Part shown: positions 61,775 through 64,000 of the stretch, piece by piece | Position numbering within the stretch: the stretch's first letter is position 1 | Layout: the number at the start of each line of letters is the position of its first letter | Source: Gemmatimonadales bacterium | GTDB taxonomy: Bacteria; Gemmatimonadota; Gemmatimonadetes; Gemmatimonadales; GWC2-71-9 | DNA length: 64,000 nucleotides | NCBI GenBank assembly: GCA_036781225.1 | Contig: DAIQBJ010000001.1 | Location: 1,389 to 65,388, forward strand | Direction of reading: 5' to 3' | The notes under the pieces: model-generated | Seen by the model: the letters and a program-made list of their open reading frames with translations, nothing else | Database searches by the model: none | Told to the model about the DNA's origin: nothing | Program-made: the position numbers and the translations under genes

Positions 61775-63019
61775 ATGCGGCGACATACCACCCCGATCGG
61801 CCTCGCACTGCTCGCGCTCGCCCTGCTCGGCGCCGCCCTGGCGTGGCGCGAGAGCGGTGCCCAGGAAGTCGGCGAGATCCGGATGGGCGGCTTCGCGCCC
61901 ATTACCGGAATCAGCGCGGATATCGGTGCGCAGATGAAGAACGGCGCCGAGGTCGCGATCGAACGCGCGAATCAGCAGGGCGTCCGCATCGGCGGCAAAC
62001 CCTACCGGATCCGGCTGACGTGGTACGACGACGAGGGCAAGGGCGACACCGGCCTCAACGTCGTGACCCGAGCGCTCACCGTGGACAAGATCCACATCGG
62101 CATCGGTTTCATCAGCAGCGACGTCTTCATCCGCGTGATGGACGAGTTCCAGAAGCACGCCACGCCGATCGTCGACTGCTGCGCCGCCTCCATGAAGATC
62201 GGTGACAAGATCGCCCAGCAGAAGATGCAGTATGTTTTCCAGCTCAGCCCGACCGCGCGCGACATGGCCGTGTCCATGGCGGCAGCGGTGGCGGCCTCGG
62301 TAAAGCCCCAGAAGGTCGCGCTCCTCAACGAGAACACCGACGGCGGGCGCGACTTTTCCCGGGTCAGCCGCGAATGGCTCGGCGCGAACGCGCGCGGCGT
62401 CGAGATCGTGACCGACGACTTCGTCGAGCGCGGGATCACCGACCTCACTCCGCAGCTCACCAAGATCAAGCGCGCCGGTGCGCAGGTGGTCATCGGCGAG
62501 ATCTATGGCTCGAGCGCGCCGGTGCTCTACAACCAGTGGGCGGAGCTGCGAGTGCCGGCGCTCATCGCCCACATGGGCGCCACCGTGAGCGCGCAGGACT
62601 TCATCGACAAGCACCGCGCGCTGATGGAGGGCAGCCTCATCAACAACCGCTGGTGGCCCGCCCGCTACACCGAGCTATCGGAGCCGACGCTGGCCGCCTA
62701 CAAGAAGAAGACCGGCGTGGACGCCACGAACTTCGCGGTACAGGCGCACGACGCCGCGGTGGTCGCCATCGAGGGGCTCGTGCGCGCGGGCAGCCTCGAC
62801 GCGGACAAGGTCGCCGCGCAGATCGAGAGCGGCACGTTCACGCTGGCCTGGGGGACGCGGAAATTCCAGCCGCTCGCCGACGGCCACCGCATGCCGATCG
62901 AGACCGTCATCGTGCAGGTGCAGAACGGGAAAAAAGTGCCGATCTATCCGCCGACGCTGGCCACGCGTGAGGGCACGAAGTATGTCGCGGTCCCGCCATA
63001 CGCCTGGGAGAAGAAGTAA
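61775..63019 (+). CDS. Liv-type (PBP1) ABC substrate-binding protein
   Basis: 414 aa from the ATG at 61775 with signal peptide MRRHTTPIGLALLALALLGAALA. The track start at 61592 is an extension. Confidence 0.8.
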   Translation: MRRHTTPIGLALLALALLGAALAWRESGAQEVGEIRMGGFAPITGISADIGAQMKNGAEVAIERANQQGVRIGGKPYRIRLTWYDDEGKGDTGLNVVTRALTVDKIHIGIGFISSDVFIRVMDEFQKHATPIVDCCAASMKIGDKIAQQKMQYVFQLSPTARDMAVSMAAAVAASVKPQKVALLNENTDGGRDFSRVSREWLGANARGVEIVTDDFVERGITDLTPQLTKIKRAGAQVVIGEIYGSSAPVLYNQWAELRVPALIAHMGATVSAQDFIDKHRALMEGSLINNRWWPARYTELSEPTLAAYKKKTGVDATNFAVQAHDAAVVAIEGLVRAGSLDADKVAAQIESGTFTLAWGTRKFQPLADGHRMPIETVIVQVQNGKKVPIYPPTLATREGTKYVAVPPYAWEKK

Positions 63020-63025
63020 CGCTCC

Positions 63026-63763
63026 ATGACGGGCGCGCGGCCCATCCTCCGGGTGGCCGGGCTCGGTAAGGCGTTCGGCGGCCTGCGCGCCGTCCACGAG
63101 TGCTCCTTCGAGGTGGCGCCGGGCACGGCCGTCGGGCTCATCGGCCCGAACGGCTCAGGCAAGACCACCATCTTCAACCTCATCATGAGCCTCCTGCGCC
63201 CGGACGCGGGCGCGGTGTTCTACAACGACCAGCGGATCGACGGCCTGCCCCCGTGGCAGATCGCCCGGCGCGGCATCGGCCGGACGTTTCAATCCGTAAG
63301 GCTCTTCCGCGACCTCACCGTCCACGACAACCTTGCCATCGCCGCCATGGGCCGCGGACGCGGCGACTGGGAGCCCGACGGCCGCCGCTGGCTCGAGCGC
63401 ATGGAGCTGGCGCACCTGTCCGAGCACGCGGCGGGCACGTTGTCGGTGGGCCAGCAGCGGCTCCTCGAGCTGGCCATGAACCTGCTCGTCGAGCCAGCGT
63501 TCCTCATGCTCGACGAGCCGCTGGCCGGCGTGAACCCGGTGATCCGTCGTCGCATCGGCGAGATCGTCCAGAACCTCCGCGCCGAGGGCCGCACGTTCCT
63601 GATCATTGAGCACAACATGCCGTTCGTTATGCAGCTCTGCGACAAGATCGTGGTGCTCGATCACGGCGAGAAGATCGCCGAAGGCCCGCCGGCGACCATC
63701 CGCGCCGACGCGCGCGTGGTGGACGCGCTGCTCGGCGCGCGCCGCGCGGGGGCCGTTCCGTGA
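63026..63763 (+). CDS. Liv-type ABC ATP-binding protein (LivG-like)
   Basis: 245 aa; LIGPNGSGKTTIFN, LSVGQQRLLELAMNL, LMLDEPLAG. Confidence 0.9.
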   Translation: MTGARPILRVAGLGKAFGGLRAVHECSFEVAPGTAVGLIGPNGSGKTTIFNLIMSLLRPDAGAVFYNDQRIDGLPPWQIARRGIGRTFQSVRLFRDLTVHDNLAIAAMGRGRGDWEPDGRRWLERMELAHLSEHAAGTLSVGQQRLLELAMNLLVEPAFLMLDEPLAGVNPVIRRRIGEIVQNLRAEGRTFLIIEHNMPFVMQLCDKIVVLDHGEKIAEGPPATIRADARVVDALLGARRAGAVP

Positions 63764-64000
63764 GCCTGGCCATCGAGGCGCTGCACGCCGGCTACGGGGA
63801 TCTCGAGATCCTCCAGGGCGCGTCCATCCGCGTCGCGCCCGGCCAGATCGTGGGGCTCATCGGTCCCAATGGCGCTGGCAAATCGACATTGCTGAAGACT
63901 GTCTTTGGCTACCTTCGGGCGCGCGCCGGGCGCGTGGAGTTCGACGGGCACAACCTGGTCGGCCGCCGACCCGATCAGATCCTCGGCCTGGGGATGAGTT
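63760..64000 (+). CDS. Liv-type ABC ATP-binding protein (LivF-like), 5' part only
   Basis: GTG at 63760 (GTGA overlap). My translation is VSLAIEALHAGYGDLEILQGASIRVAPGQIVGLIGPNGAGKSTLLK... and runs off the right edge. Confidence 0.8.
   Translation, partial: MSLAIEALHAGYGDLEILQGASIRVAPGQIVGLIGPNGAGKSTLLKTVFGYLRARAGRVEFDGHNLVGRRPDQILGLGMS

Overview
This is a visibly GC-rich (not computed), densely coding bacterial chromosomal segment. I call about 75 features and saw no rRNA, tRNA or CRISPR array. Between about 7.9 kb and 56.4 kb almost every gene is on the minus strand, with very short or overlapping junctions. Layout: (1) 1-7.9 kb is an arsenic/organoarsenical island. It holds MFS, a PAT-type GNAT (ArsN1-like), a second GNAT and MarR, divergent from arsM. 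It also holds a pstS remnant and three LMW-PTP arsC copies (one truncated) interrupted by an MBL hydrolase and a family III CoA-transferase, and it ends in a frameshifted serine-recombinase remnant. (2) 7.9-27.3 kb is a C1 block: acs, an FchA-like cyclohydrolase, glyA, then a ~15 kb minus-strand super-operon of 16-17 genes. That operon encodes every module of cobalamin-dependent methionine synthase as a separate protein (Hcy-type Zn methyltransferase, pterin-binding methyltransferase, B12-binding protein, SAM-type activation domain). It also encodes two URO-D/MtaA-type methyltransferases, a second corrinoid protein, a RACo/RamA-type activator, an atypical Rieske-like protein, a COG0523 GTPase, a GntR regulator, an MTHFR-MetV fusion, fhs, a formiminotransferase and folB. 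This is my best candidate for an undescribed system. (3) 27.4-34.2 kb holds an acyl-CoA ligase, a NitT/TauT-type ABC importer, DUF35 plus SCP-x thiolase, and a crotonase. (4) 34.3-47.7 kb holds an MFS, a Pot-type ABC importer, a Tat-less molybdopterin oxidoreductase with a four-cluster ferredoxin and NarI-like membrane subunit, and a Liv-type ABC importer. (5) 47.7-56.4 kb is a second arsenic island: aioB-aioA, a secreted pentapeptide-repeat protein, an aquaglyceroporin and a CVC-type arsR, followed by arsI, a MoaD/ThiS-like GG protein, a second arsR, an MFS and a Usp. (6) 56.7-64 kb is a plus-strand DSD1/D-threonine-aldolase-like enzyme, a hydantoinase A/B pair and the start of another Liv-type importer. 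All functional calls rest on motifs I can read in the translations plus family knowledge; no database search was run.
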